A stretch of 64,000 bases of DNA from an uncultured Mollicutes bacterium. Lineage in GTDB: Bacteria; Bacillota_I; Bacilli_A; RFN20; CAG-288. Of the stretch, positions 38,647 to 47,849 are shown one piece after another. The number at the start of each line of letters is the position of its first letter. Position 1 is the stretch's first letter. Below the pieces are notes generated by a model. That model was not told where the DNA came from, did not search any database, and worked only from the letters and a program-made list of their open reading frames with translations. The DNA is taken from contig UQDS01000003.1 of NCBI GenBank assembly GCA_900539865.1, positions 10,477-74,476 on the forward strand, read 5' to 3'. A program made the position numbers and the translations under genes.

Positions 38647-40160
38647 AACAAAGCCCCTATGACCTCTTGAGTCAACGCCTCTTCATACTTCAAATAAGTG
38701 TCGTAACACTCTTTGATAAATAGATCGTTAAGCGTCTTGCTAAAGTATCCTTTTTTATCAAAAGCTTCTTCATAACGCACGTCATCATATAAAACAGCAC
38801 TGTTTTTTCCATATTCTTTCACGGCATCCACAAAGTGAAAATCCTTAGCATAATCTGTAGGATAAACATCCGGATGAATATCATTAAGCGCCTTTAAGAA
38901 TGTCCTTTGTCCGTATTCAGATATGCCTAGCGATTCTGTGTAATCATAGATGGTGTTTAAATAAGTGTATTCCTTAGAAAATTTCACATCAGGAACAATG
39001 CCTTTTTTATGAATGCAAACAATGTCATCGGAATCTTCGTTTTCGCCCGGAATGTTCTCGTTTGCTCTTTCCGGTCCATAAACATAAGCATATGTATAAC
39101 GGACGACAGAACCATCATCAAACGTTTTAAACGCTTGCGCAATGCCTTTGCCATAGCTTTGTAATCCGTAGATTTTAGCGTTTGTTCCTGCACGCATCGC
39201 TAAAGCAAACGTCTCCGCTGCACTGGCGGTATGATCATCGATGATCAAAGAGTAATCCGGAAATTGAAACATCGGGTTTTTCTTTTGATAACATTCCGAA
39301 ATCACTTTACCGTCTTTATTTACCATTTTGTCAATCAACGTACCTTTTTTCACAAAGAGTTTTGCAATTTCTTCCGCTTGATTGACATAACCTCCGCCAT
39401 TTTGTCTTAAATCAATCACCAAATGACGAACGTTCTTATCTTTGTAAGCATTTAACGTTCCCACCAAAGCGCTATAAGGATCGCCTAAAAAAGTGTTCAA
39501 TTTAATCATTAATGTTTCATCATTTTCCGGTGTCGGTGTCTTAACGACCCTCAGAAGTCTTTGGGAAAAGATGCCTTTGACTAACGATAATTGATAGACC
39601 TCATCTTTTCCTCTTTTCACCGTGAAAAGATAGCGGACATCTCCGCGGTCTTTCCGGATATACTCTAAGCATTCTTGTTGTGTATGAAGGGTAAAATCAT
39701 AATAAGGTTCTGATCCAATTTGTACACCGTAAAATACATCATTTATCGCAAGCAATTTGGTTGTATTCTCAAAAAATTTATTAGATGCAGGAGAGTTTGG
39801 ATGAATTTCAGATATAAGAAAACCTCCGTTGTAATAACGCATGGTAACTCCAAAGCCAGAGCTATCTGTGCTTAAGCCTTGTTCATCCATATCATCTGTA
39901 TAAAAAGTAAAAGGATCACCTTTTTCATCGCTGAACGAAGAAATCATCCCTTTCATCGCATACGATCCAAAATAATCTTGTTCATCGCCAAAAAGCCACT
40001 CATCTTTAATGAGTCTATAACCGTCGATAAGCTTTTGTTCGTCGTAGGAAAGGCGCACTTTGCCTATGTTAGAAACTGCAAAAGCGGTTGCGGTAATTGA
40101 GGTTGTAATCACTCCAACCAAAGCGGCAATCCAAATGGTTTTCTTTTTGTTTTTGTCCAT
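38643..40160 (-). CDS. S41-family C-terminal processing peptidase, membrane anchored
   Basis: 505 aa with an N-terminal TM segment, LVIDLRQNGGGYV, catalytic-Ser region TASAAETFA and SYGKG. Its stop overlaps the uvrB start (ATGA). Confidence 0.82.
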   Translation of the reverse strand: MDKNKKKTIWIAALVGVITTSITATAFAVSNIGKVRLSYDEQKLIDGYRLIKDEWLFGDEQDYFGSYAMKGMISSFSDEKGDPFTFYTDDMDEQGLSTDSSGFGVTMRYYNGGFLISEIHPNSPASNKFFENTTKLLAINDVFYGVQIGSEPYYDFTLHTQQECLEYIRKDRGDVRYLFTVKRGKDEVYQLSLVKGIFSQRLLRVVKTPTPENDETLMIKLNTFLGDPYSALVGTLNAYKDKNVRHLVIDLRQNGGGYVNQAEEIAKLFVKKGTLIDKMVNKDGKVISECYQKKNPMFQFPDYSLIIDDHTASAAETFALAMRAGTNAKIYGLQSYGKGIAQAFKTFDDGSVVRYTYAYVYGPERANENIPGENEDSDDIVCIHKKGIVPDVKFSKEYTYLNTIYDYTESLGISEYGQRTFLKALNDIHPDVYPTDYAKDFHFVDAVKEYGKNSAVLYDDVRYEEAFDKKGYFSKTLNDLFIKECYDTYLKYEEALTQEVIGALL

Positions 40161-40201
40161 ACGCCCTCCCTAAATACTTCTTCTTTTTATTTTACCATGT
40201 T

Positions 40202-41443
40202 TCAGTTTTGAACTTGATATTGTTGCTTTTCCGCCTCTGTTAAACGGGAATCTCTTTTCTTCAATTTAGCGCTCACTGCTTCATGCAAAACAATCATCAC
40301 TACAACAAAACCCAATGCAACATAAGGAAGAGAAATAAAACGAGCTTCATCAAATCGACAAATGACACCAAAGAGCGGGGAAACAATCAAATTCCCGCAA
40401 TAGGCAAACGCCATTTCCATGCCCATCGCCTTTTGTGACATCGCTTTAGAAAAACGATACGGGGTTAAACGGATAATTGCAGGATAAATTGGAGCGCATC
40501 CAATGCCAGTAAGAATCATACCCGCAATGGCAAGATACAGATTTAAATTTAATCCCATTAAGATGGTGCCAATGACAATCAGTCCTTCACCAATACGAAT
40601 CAAATTCATTTCTTTTACTTTCAAAGAGATGAAACCTGAGATAAATCTTCCTATGGTGATGCCTAAATAAAACATCGATGTTAAATTTGCGGCAGTAGCG
40701 CTGTCTACCTGATAAGTGTGATAAAAGTAATTGCCGCTCCAAAAACCGGTCATAGTTTCCATACCGCAATAACAAAAGAAACCGAAGACAGCCAGATAGA
40801 AAACCGAATTTGAGAACAAAGACTTTCGTTCAAACGAAGTTTTCACTTCTTCCTCTCGCTCAAACTCTTGCGAATTTGTCTTTACTTTGTTCCATAAAGG
40901 CAAACACAAAAACGTCAGTACGGCGATTGCAATCTGAATGATACAGACAGTAAGAACACCTTTTTCCCACCCGGTCGAATTTTGATTTGGATTGATAAAT
41001 CCACCGACAATAAATGGAGAAATCGATGCACCTACTCCCCAAAAACAATGGAGCCAATTCATATGGATCGCTTTGTAATGTAAAGCGACATAATTGTTTA
41101 AACAAGCGTCGATACAACCGGCGCCTAACCCTAACGGCAACGCTGCCAAATAAAATAACCAGATGGAATCCATCTGCACAAAAGAGTATAAGCCTAATCC
41201 GAGTGCGGTCAGTAAGATCGAAATAAGAATCAGCCACCTTGTTTGAAATTTTTCAACCAGTTTATCTGAGAAAAAAGAGGAAACGATTGTACAAGATGTG
41301 ATTACCATACCGATATATCCCGCGTGATCAACTGAGATCTTAAGATTCTCTGCAATCGCCGGGAACGAACTTCCTAAAATGGAGTCTGGCAAGCCTAAAG
41401 AAATAAATATTAAATAGATTAACAACAATAATAATATACTCAT
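40202..41443 (-). CDS. MFS transporter
   Basis: 413 aa with ~12 TM segments arranged 6+6 around a charged central loop. Confidence 0.8.
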   Translation of the reverse strand: MSILLLLLIYLIFISLGLPDSILGSSFPAIAENLKISVDHAGYIGMVITSCTIVSSFFSDKLVEKFQTRWLILISILLTALGLGLYSFVQMDSIWLFYLAALPLGLGAGCIDACLNNYVALHYKAIHMNWLHCFWGVGASISPFIVGGFINPNQNSTGWEKGVLTVCIIQIAIAVLTFLCLPLWNKVKTNSQEFEREEEVKTSFERKSLFSNSVFYLAVFGFFCYCGMETMTGFWSGNYFYHTYQVDSATAANLTSMFYLGITIGRFISGFISLKVKEMNLIRIGEGLIVIGTILMGLNLNLYLAIAGMILTGIGCAPIYPAIIRLTPYRFSKAMSQKAMGMEMAFAYCGNLIVSPLFGVICRFDEARFISLPYVALGFVVVMIVLHEAVSAKLKKRDSRLTEAEKQQYQVQN

Positions 41444-41525
41444 ACGTTGATAAACCTCGACATTTCCACATTTATGTATTCTATAATATTTTTATAAACT
41501 ATAGAATAAATCCAAGGAGTATTTC

Positions 41526-41822
41526 ATGTATTACATTTATCTCAAACATCAAAGTGATAGTCTCAATCCCGATAAAATTGTCGTTCTCTATGAAGGTAAT
41601 TATTATGAACGTCAAAAGCGTACTGACTGGTCTCGCATGGATGAGCGAGATAGAACAACATTAGAAAACGGTAGCGACGAACACTATTTTTCTGTAGAAC
41701 AAGAACAATTTGATGCTATTATCAAACGATGGGGAGGTAGCCGATATGGCTATCGAAACCAAGAAATTGATGGTGAGTTAGATAACGAAGGATATGGAGA
41801 TAGCTATGATGAACTTGACTGA
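41526..41822 (+). CDS. Hypothetical small acidic protein
   Basis: 98-aa ORF with RBS AAGGAG. No recognisable motif. Confidence 0.4.
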   Translation: MYYIYLKHQSDSLNPDKIVVLYEGNYYERQKRTDWSRMDERDRTTLENGSDEHYFSVEQEQFDAIIKRWGGSRYGYRNQEIDGELDNEGYGDSYDELD

Positions 41823-42456
41823 AGAAAATATCATTTCTTGTGCTAAAACATATGTGCACAAACTTCTCAGCGAAGAATGTTCCGGACATGATGATTTACA
41901 TGTCTTACGAGTTTTTTATAACGCTAAGATACTGCAAGAAAAAGAAGGTGGAAACTTATTCATCATCGCTTTGGCTTCCTTACTTCATGATGTAGATGAT
42001 TACAAACTGTTTCCTGAAAATAAAAATTATGAAAACGCAAGAAATTTCCTAAATGAAAATCGCGTTCCCCTAGAGATACAAGAACAAGTCATTAAAATCA
42101 TTTCGCAAGTCTCTTTCAAAGGAAATGACAGTGTCACTCCCGACACCTTAGAAGGGCAAATCGTGCAAGATGCTGACCGATTAGATGCTCTTGGTGCCAT
42201 CGGCATTGCTCGTTGCTTTGCGTATGGGGGAAGCAAGCAAAGAAAAATTTACGATCCAGAAGAGCAAATCACAAGTGACTTAAATGAATTGGAATATCGT
42301 AATCAACAGACGTCTTCTATCGCTCATTTTTATAAAAAGCTTCTTTTGCTTAAAGATTTAATGAATACCAAAACAGGAAAAGATATGGCGAATAAACGAC
42401 ATCAATTCCTCGTTGATTTTTTAGATGAATTTTATGATGAAATCTTAGAAAAATGA
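41794..42456 (+). CDS. HD-domain phosphohydrolase (YedJ-like)
   Basis: H...HD motif (GHDDLHVLRV, LLHDVDD) and DADRLDALGAIG. The start may be ATG 41806, with GGAG 7 nt upstream, rather than 41794. Confidence 0.8.
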   Translation: MEIAMMNLTEENIISCAKTYVHKLLSEECSGHDDLHVLRVFYNAKILQEKEGGNLFIIALASLLHDVDDYKLFPENKNYENARNFLNENRVPLEIQEQVIKIISQVSFKGNDSVTPDTLEGQIVQDADRLDALGAIGIARCFAYGGSKQRKIYDPEEQITSDLNELEYRNQQTSSIAHFYKKLLLLKDLMNTKTGKDMANKRHQFLVDFLDEFYDEILEK

Positions 42457-42494
42457 TTTAAAATGTACACTATTTGTTTTAAAATGATAAAGAT

Positions 42495-42956
42495 ATGAGA
42501 GAAAAGATATTAGTCTCCGCCTGTTTGACAGGCGAGAACTGTCGTTATGACGGCAAAAATAATCGCAATGATTCTGTCATGAAACTTGCAAAATACTACG
42601 ACCTTATTCCGATTTGTCCTGAGGTGAACGGCGGCATGAAAACACCGCGCGCTCCTTCTGAAATCAAAGGGGATAAAGTGGTCAGTATCACAGGCAAGGA
42701 TGTGACACAATTTTATAATGATGGTGCTTATTGGGCCTGCTCTATCGCCCGTATTTATCATATTAAACTTGCTGTTTTGAAAGAAAAAAGCCCCAGTTGT
42801 GGATGCAAACTGATTCACAATGGTCTTTTTGATGGAAAGGTGATTCCTGGAAAAGGTATCACCGTTAGAAAATTAGAGCAGATGGGTGTTAAAGTCATCG
42901 ACGAAGATGATGTCATAGATCTTTTAAAACAATTGGAGGAAAAGGAACATGATTAA
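42495..42956 (+). CDS. DUF523-family protein (TudS-like Fe-S desulfurase family)
   Basis: 153 aa. The N-terminal ILVSACLTGENCRYDGK and the SPSCG motif are typical of DUF523. Confidence 0.65.
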   Translation: MREKILVSACLTGENCRYDGKNNRNDSVMKLAKYYDLIPICPEVNGGMKTPRAPSEIKGDKVVSITGKDVTQFYNDGAYWACSIARIYHIKLAVLKEKSPSCGCKLIHNGLFDGKVIPGKGITVRKLEQMGVKVIDEDDVIDLLKQLEEKEHD

Positions 42957-44130
42957 AGATATAGAATTTAGCCGCAAGACAAAGAACGACCCCACCCTTA
43001 TCGAACATCTTACTGAACTCATGACAGACAAAGGTAAGACACACAACAATTTAGTCGGGACCAGTAAAAAGAAAATTAAAAACGCCCTTATCGGTGCACT
43101 TGTCTTACTCGGAATTTGTCTTCTTACCGGTATTATCGTATCCATCGTGATGAAAAACTTTATTCCCTTTATCATTCTTCTCATCGTTGGTATCGTCATT
43201 GCATCACTCATCTACTTTACCAATGCGAATAGTGTTAAGCGCAAATACCTTACCACGCTTACCCCTTCTGTCGTAGAAGCTTTATATGGTCCAAACGCGG
43301 AATATTATCAAACCGGCGGTTTTTCAAGAGATTACTTAACTGAAGCTCAATTATTCCCTGTATGTCAATTAAAGCAAGAAGACCATATCATCGGTCACTT
43401 CCAAGGTGTTCCCTTTGCAATCGCCGATGTCACTTCTTATCACATAGAGACAAGAAGAGATGGCGACCGCACTTATACAGAGACAGTCTATGACTTTGTC
43501 GGTTCTGTTTTATCCGTCAAAATGAACAAACCCGCGAAATACCCCTTAAGATTAATCTCGGAAGCTGTCTTCAGTTTAGGTTCTTTCTCTAAATCTGATG
43601 AAACCATTAACTTTGAATCGTCTGAATTCAATAAGTTATTCAATTGTTACTGCCAAGATAGACAAGAGGCTTTTTACTTGATGACTCCTCAATTACAATT
43701 GGCTCTTATCACCATTGCCAAAGGCATTCCTGGAAACATGTCATTGCGTTTCTATGACCAAGAGCTCATCATCGCCTTTAGAGGTAACAGCACAAACTTC
43801 AACAAGATTAAACTCAACAACAAAGATCTCAACTATAACATCAATGCGATTCTTGACGCGATCTTATTGCCCGCTTATATCATCGACACAATGAATCTCG
43901 ATCATAAATTCTTCATCACGCAAGAAGATGTAAATAAATTCAATCATCATATAAATGATACTGACATTGATGATGACGAATATGATGATGACGAATATGA
44001 TGATGACGATGATTTATCAGAACAAGAAAAAGAAAGTGTAAGAGAAGCTTTACGCAAGGAAGGAATCGATGTTCCTGAATTCAGCAAAGACACTTTTGAC
44101 ATCGCTGATGACAACATACAAGAAAAATAA
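42949..44130 (+). CDS. Membrane protein, DUF3137-like, with a poly-acidic C-terminal tail
   Basis: 393 aa with two TM helices (aa ~45-95), then a soluble domain containing FESSEFNKLFNCYCQDRQEAFYLMTPQLQ, which resembles DUF3137. The tail reads DDDEYDDDEYDDDDD. Confidence 0.45.
   Translation: MIKDIEFSRKTKNDPTLIEHLTELMTDKGKTHNNLVGTSKKKIKNALIGALVLLGICLLTGIIVSIVMKNFIPFIILLIVGIVIASLIYFTNANSVKRKYLTTLTPSVVEALYGPNAEYYQTGGFSRDYLTEAQLFPVCQLKQEDHIIGHFQGVPFAIADVTSYHIETRRDGDRTYTETVYDFVGSVLSVKMNKPAKYPLRLISEAVFSLGSFSKSDETINFESSEFNKLFNCYCQDRQEAFYLMTPQLQLALITIAKGIPGNMSLRFYDQELIIAFRGNSTNFNKIKLNNKDLNYNINAILDAILLPAYIIDTMNLDHKFFITQEDVNKFNHHINDTDIDDDEYDDDEYDDDDDLSEQEKESVREALRKEGIDVPEFSKDTFDIADDNIQEK
43969..44013 (+). 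repeat. 15-bp in-frame tandem repeat, about 3 copies
   Basis: GATGATGACGAATAT occurs twice, followed by GATGATGACGATGAT. Together they encode DDDEY DDDEY DDDDD. Confidence 0.85.
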
Positions 44131-44133
44131 ACT

Positions 44134-45123
44134 ATGAAAACTTTTCAAATCGCTGGAATCGAAATACCAAACCGTTATGTATTAGCACCTCTTGCCGGAT
44201 TTACCGATTACAGCATGCGCAAACTCTCCTATGAACACGGAGCTGGATTATGTTACACCGAAATGGAATCCTGTGAAGCTCTTGTCTACCAATCCAAAAT
44301 AACAATCAAAGATTTAGAAGATACGTTGCTCGACAAAAAACACCATCCAAATCAACGCTTAGCGTTACAGATTTTCGGTGGCAAAAAAGATATCATTCTT
44401 CAATCGATACCTCTCGTTGAAAAATACGCAACTTACGATTTTCTCGATTTCAATTGTGGTTGTCCTGTCCCTAAAGTAATACGGCAACAAGCGGGAAGTT
44501 ATTGGCTCAATCGCCAAGATGAACTTTTAGATTTGATGAAAGAATTGGTAAAGATTTCTACTAAACCTGTCATCATTAAAATAAGAATTGGATTTTCACA
44601 AATCACAGATATTGTTCCTCTTTGTAAGAAATTAGAAGAAGCCGGTGTAGCTGCTATCGCCGTTCACGGTAGAACAAGAAAAGAAATGTTCTCTTCTCCT
44701 GTTCATTATGATGTCATTAGAGATATCAAAAAGAATGTCAATATTCCCATCATCGCAAACGGAGAAATCACGCCTGAAAATTTATTGCAAGTAGAAAAAG
44801 AAACCGGTGCGGATGCGTTTATGATTGGACAAGGTGCGATTGGAAACCCCACCATTTTCTCCTCTCTCATCGCCGTCGAAGAAGGAAAAGAAGTGAACAA
44901 ACCATCCATAGAAGAGCAGATTTTCTATTTGAAAGAACACCTCAACACTATTTTCACCATCAAAGACGAACACACGGCTGCCAGCATCATGAGAGCGATA
45001 TCTATCCGCTACTTCAAAGGCTTTGCAGACATCAAAAAATATAAAACACGTCTCGTTCAATGCAATACGCAAAATGAGTACTTAAATATCCTAAATGAGA
45101 TGTTGAATGACCAAATTCATTAA
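44134..45123 (+). CDS. dus: tRNA-dihydrouridine synthase
   Basis: 329 aa with LAPLAGFTD, DFNCGCPVPKV and AVHGRT, the Dus TIM-barrel motifs. Confidence 0.92.
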   Translation: MKTFQIAGIEIPNRYVLAPLAGFTDYSMRKLSYEHGAGLCYTEMESCEALVYQSKITIKDLEDTLLDKKHHPNQRLALQIFGGKKDIILQSIPLVEKYATYDFLDFNCGCPVPKVIRQQAGSYWLNRQDELLDLMKELVKISTKPVIIKIRIGFSQITDIVPLCKKLEEAGVAAIAVHGRTRKEMFSSPVHYDVIRDIKKNVNIPIIANGEITPENLLQVEKETGADAFMIGQGAIGNPTIFSSLIAVEEGKEVNKPSIEEQIFYLKEHLNTIFTIKDEHTAASIMRAISIRYFKGFADIKKYKTRLVQCNTQNEYLNILNEMLNDQIH

Positions 45124-45150
45124 AAACACCCTGAAAATTCTACTCATTCA

Positions 45151-45170
45151 ATCAAAATACGCATTTTGAT
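45151..45170 (+). promoter_or_regulatory. Perfect inverted repeat upstream of fruR (candidate operator)
   Basis: ATCAAAAT-acgc-ATTTTGAT lies 66 nt upstream of the fruR ATG. The stem is AT-only, so it is a poor terminator. Confidence 0.3.
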
Positions 45171-45235
45171 GATTGTTTTATATGAAAAAATAAGCGAAAA
45201 AGAGTACAATAATATTGTCTATGGGAAGGTAATAT

Positions 45236-46021
45236 ATGAGTACAAAAACAAGAGACAGTGAAATTTTAAAACTGTTGGATGAAAGTCCAAGTCAATTCGT
45301 TTCTGTTGAATCTTTAGCTGAATATTTTAAAACCAGCGAGTCTACAATTCGCCGCGACTTGCAGCGCATGGCAAATCAACACCAGCTTATGCGTGTTCAC
45401 GGCGGTGCAGCCAGCCTTCATTTCTCTGGCAACTTTAAATTTGACCGTTTGGATAAAGAATATTTAGAACGTGAAAGAACGGAACCGGAAATCAAGAAGC
45501 TCATTGCCAAAAAAGCAGCTTCCTTTGTCAAGGATGGCTCTTGTGTCTATTTAGATGCTTCTACAACAGTCGCCGCAATGATTCCTTATCTCCCGAATTT
45601 CAAAAATGTCTATTATGTGACAAACTCTCCTCTTCTCGCACAAAAGCTTACGGAAAAAGGAGCGACATGTTATGTCACTGGTGGAGAATTAAAACTCACC
45701 ACCAATGCCTTCATCGGTTCTTATGCCTTAGAGTTTTTAAAGCGTTTCAACTTTGATGTTGGCTTCTTTGGTACAAACGGCATTCACCCTCAAGCTAAAT
45801 TCACCACTCCAGATCCCCAAGAATGTGCCATTAAAAGCGCAGCAATTAACAAATGCTTTGCCTCTTATATTCTCGCTGACCATACCAAGTTCAACAGAAT
45901 TTCCACCGTGACTTTCTCAGACTTTTCTCGTCCGACCATCATCACCGAAAAGATTGACGAGAAATATAAGTCGCTTGTAAAGATGATTGAAGTCGATGTT
46001 CCGAAAAATTTTGAAGAATAA
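45236..46021 (+). CDS. fruR: DeoR-family transcriptional repressor of the fructose operon
   Basis: 261 aa with the N-terminal HTH ESTIRRDLQRMANQHQLMRVHGGA and a DeoR C-terminal sugar-phosphate sensor domain. Precedes fruK. Confidence 0.85.
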   Translation: MSTKTRDSEILKLLDESPSQFVSVESLAEYFKTSESTIRRDLQRMANQHQLMRVHGGAASLHFSGNFKFDRLDKEYLERERTEPEIKKLIAKKAASFVKDGSCVYLDASTTVAAMIPYLPNFKNVYYVTNSPLLAQKLTEKGATCYVTGGELKLTTNAFIGSYALEFLKRFNFDVGFFGTNGIHPQAKFTTPDPQECAIKSAAINKCFASYILADHTKFNRISTVTFSDFSRPTIITEKIDEKYKSLVKMIEVDVPKNFEE

Positions 46022-46037
46022 CAAAGGAGAAAAGAAA

Positions 46038-46967
46038 ATGATTTATTCTTTAACAATTGCCCCTGCAATGGACTATACCCTCGATTTAGGTGAAAAAGAT
46101 CTTAAAGTCGGTGCTACAAACCGCATGGAAGCCAAAGGATATTCCTTAGGCGGTAAAGGTATCACCGTTGCTAGAATGCTCAACAACCTTAAAGTCAAAA
46201 ACATTCCGATCGTTGCTCTTGGCGGTTCTACCGGCAAACAGATGAGAGAGATCATCGATCACGATTATGAAAAAGCGATTTATCTTCCGGTCATCGGTAA
46301 CTCTCGTCTCAATGTTATGATCACTGGACCGCATCAGGACACCCGCTTCAACGCCGAAGCTCCGAAAGTTACGGAAAAAGGTTTAGAAAAAATGTTCAAC
46401 TTCTTCCAGAAACATTTGAAGAAAGATGATATTGTCATCCTCTCGGGTTCCTTAGGTCAAGAAGATAGCAATCTCTATGCGACATTGATCAAAGATTATA
46501 TCCGTCCTGCTGGTGCTATCGCTATCTTAGATACTACCGGAAAATCCTTAATCAGCGCTCTTCCTTATAAACCCTTTATGATCAAACCGAATGATGAAGA
46601 ATTGGCTGACCTTTTAGGAAAACCGATGGATACACCCGAAGCGATTTTAGAAGGTGGTGAAGAACTCAAGAAAATGGGCCCGGAAACCGTCTTAGTCACA
46701 ATGGGTAGAAAAGGTGCTTATTACTTTGCAGAAGATGGTCATGTCTATCACTGCTCTAACGCACAAGGCACACAAGTTTCTGCTGTCGGTGCCGGTGACT
46801 CCTCCATTTCCGGTTTCATCAAAGGTTTAGAAGAAGGTGTCTCCATTGAAAAGAGACTTCAGTATTCAATGGCTGCCGGCGGCGCTACCGCCTTTAGCGA
46901 ACACTTAGGTTCCTATAAACTTTGGAAGTCATTATTGCCTCAAATTAAAGTCACTTTAGTGAAATAA
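46038..46967 (+). CDS. fruK: 1-phosphofructokinase (PfkB family)
   Basis: I place the start at ATG 46038, with RBS AAGGAGA. GGKGITVA and GAGDSSISGF are PfkB signatures. 309 aa. Confidence 0.85.
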   Translation: MIYSLTIAPAMDYTLDLGEKDLKVGATNRMEAKGYSLGGKGITVARMLNNLKVKNIPIVALGGSTGKQMREIIDHDYEKAIYLPVIGNSRLNVMITGPHQDTRFNAEAPKVTEKGLEKMFNFFQKHLKKDDIVILSGSLGQEDSNLYATLIKDYIRPAGAIAILDTTGKSLISALPYKPFMIKPNDEELADLLGKPMDTPEAILEGGEELKKMGPETVLVTMGRKGAYYFAEDGHVYHCSNAQGTQVSAVGAGDSSISGFIKGLEEGVSIEKRLQYSMAAGGATAFSEHLGSYKLWKSLLPQIKVTLVK

Positions 46968-46970
46968 AAA

Positions 46971-47037
46971 CAACCGCATTGAGGTGTACCCTAACTCCTG
47001 GACAATATAGGAGGGGGACACCTCAGAGCGGTTTTTT
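46971..47037 (+). terminator. Long compound hairpin terminator after fruK
   Basis: AACCGCATTGAGGTGT...ACACCTCAGAGCGGTT is followed by TTTTATTTT. It contains an inner CTCCT/AGGAG stem. Confidence 0.6.
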
Positions 47038-47052
47038 ATTTTAGATATGATT

Positions 47053-47504
47053 TCACCATTTCTTCCTGTTACAATGCCATTTTTTTGCCCCAACTCTGAG
47101 AACACTAAAAATTTGAGCTAGTGACAGCACAACACCTGAACTAATTGCTGTGCTTATAGCAGTTTGTGTTAGAGAAGAAACAAATGTTGAGCCGAATGCA
47201 CCCGCAGTAAAAGAAGTTACTAACTCCGGACCATAAATCTAACCACATGTCTTGAACAGAAGAATCTATATTTATCGCCGGGTTATCTCCACAGTACATG
47301 TAGAGATTTAATCCATTAATTTGAGACTTGGCTTCATCAAGAATAGATAACTCATCCGGAGAGATGAATCTACTCGTTGTAGGAGAGTAGAATCTAGAGC
47401 ATGGAGATAGTACCACCCTGTCTCTTCGGAGATGATATGAATATCCACAGGAAGATAATCTTTGTTTTGTGGAAGAAGAGAGTGTCGTACTTCCCGTTTG
47501 CTAT
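47053..47504 (-). pseudogene. Frameshifted orphan RHS/YD-repeat C-terminal tip (core end plus degenerate toxin tip)
   Basis: Minus-strand frame a reads ...PVDIHIISEETGWYYLHA and then needs a frameshift at ~47395-47400. Frame b (ORF 47141-47416) reads RFYSPTTSRFISPDE...GLNLYMYCGDNPAINID, the canonical RHS core-end motifs. A further frameshift gives a 61-aa G/A/S-rich hydrophobic tail ending at 47053. Double TAG stops at 47505-47510 cut off any upstream core. Confidence 0.6.
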
Positions 47505-47849
47505 TGAAAATACTCTACTAAAGAAGACTTTTAAAAAAATTTGAAATACCTATCGATATTTAATTCGTCTACTTTAGAAGGATCAAGTCATCTAGGTGTC
47601 AATATTCTTTTATATTTTTGTTGCTTAAAACAACAAGCGTCAGTATTTTTCATTCTTAATCTAGTTACGTATTAGATTTTTTATATTATTAAGATGATGT
47701 GTATGGGATTTTTTAGAATTAAAACAAAATAAACCGCTTATGATGTAAGTTGTATCCTGTATCATCAATGATTTATACTATTACACACATCATTATTATT
47801 TTTTTTTGATTGTTTTTCATGTAACAATCTTAAATGTTTTCATAAAGTT

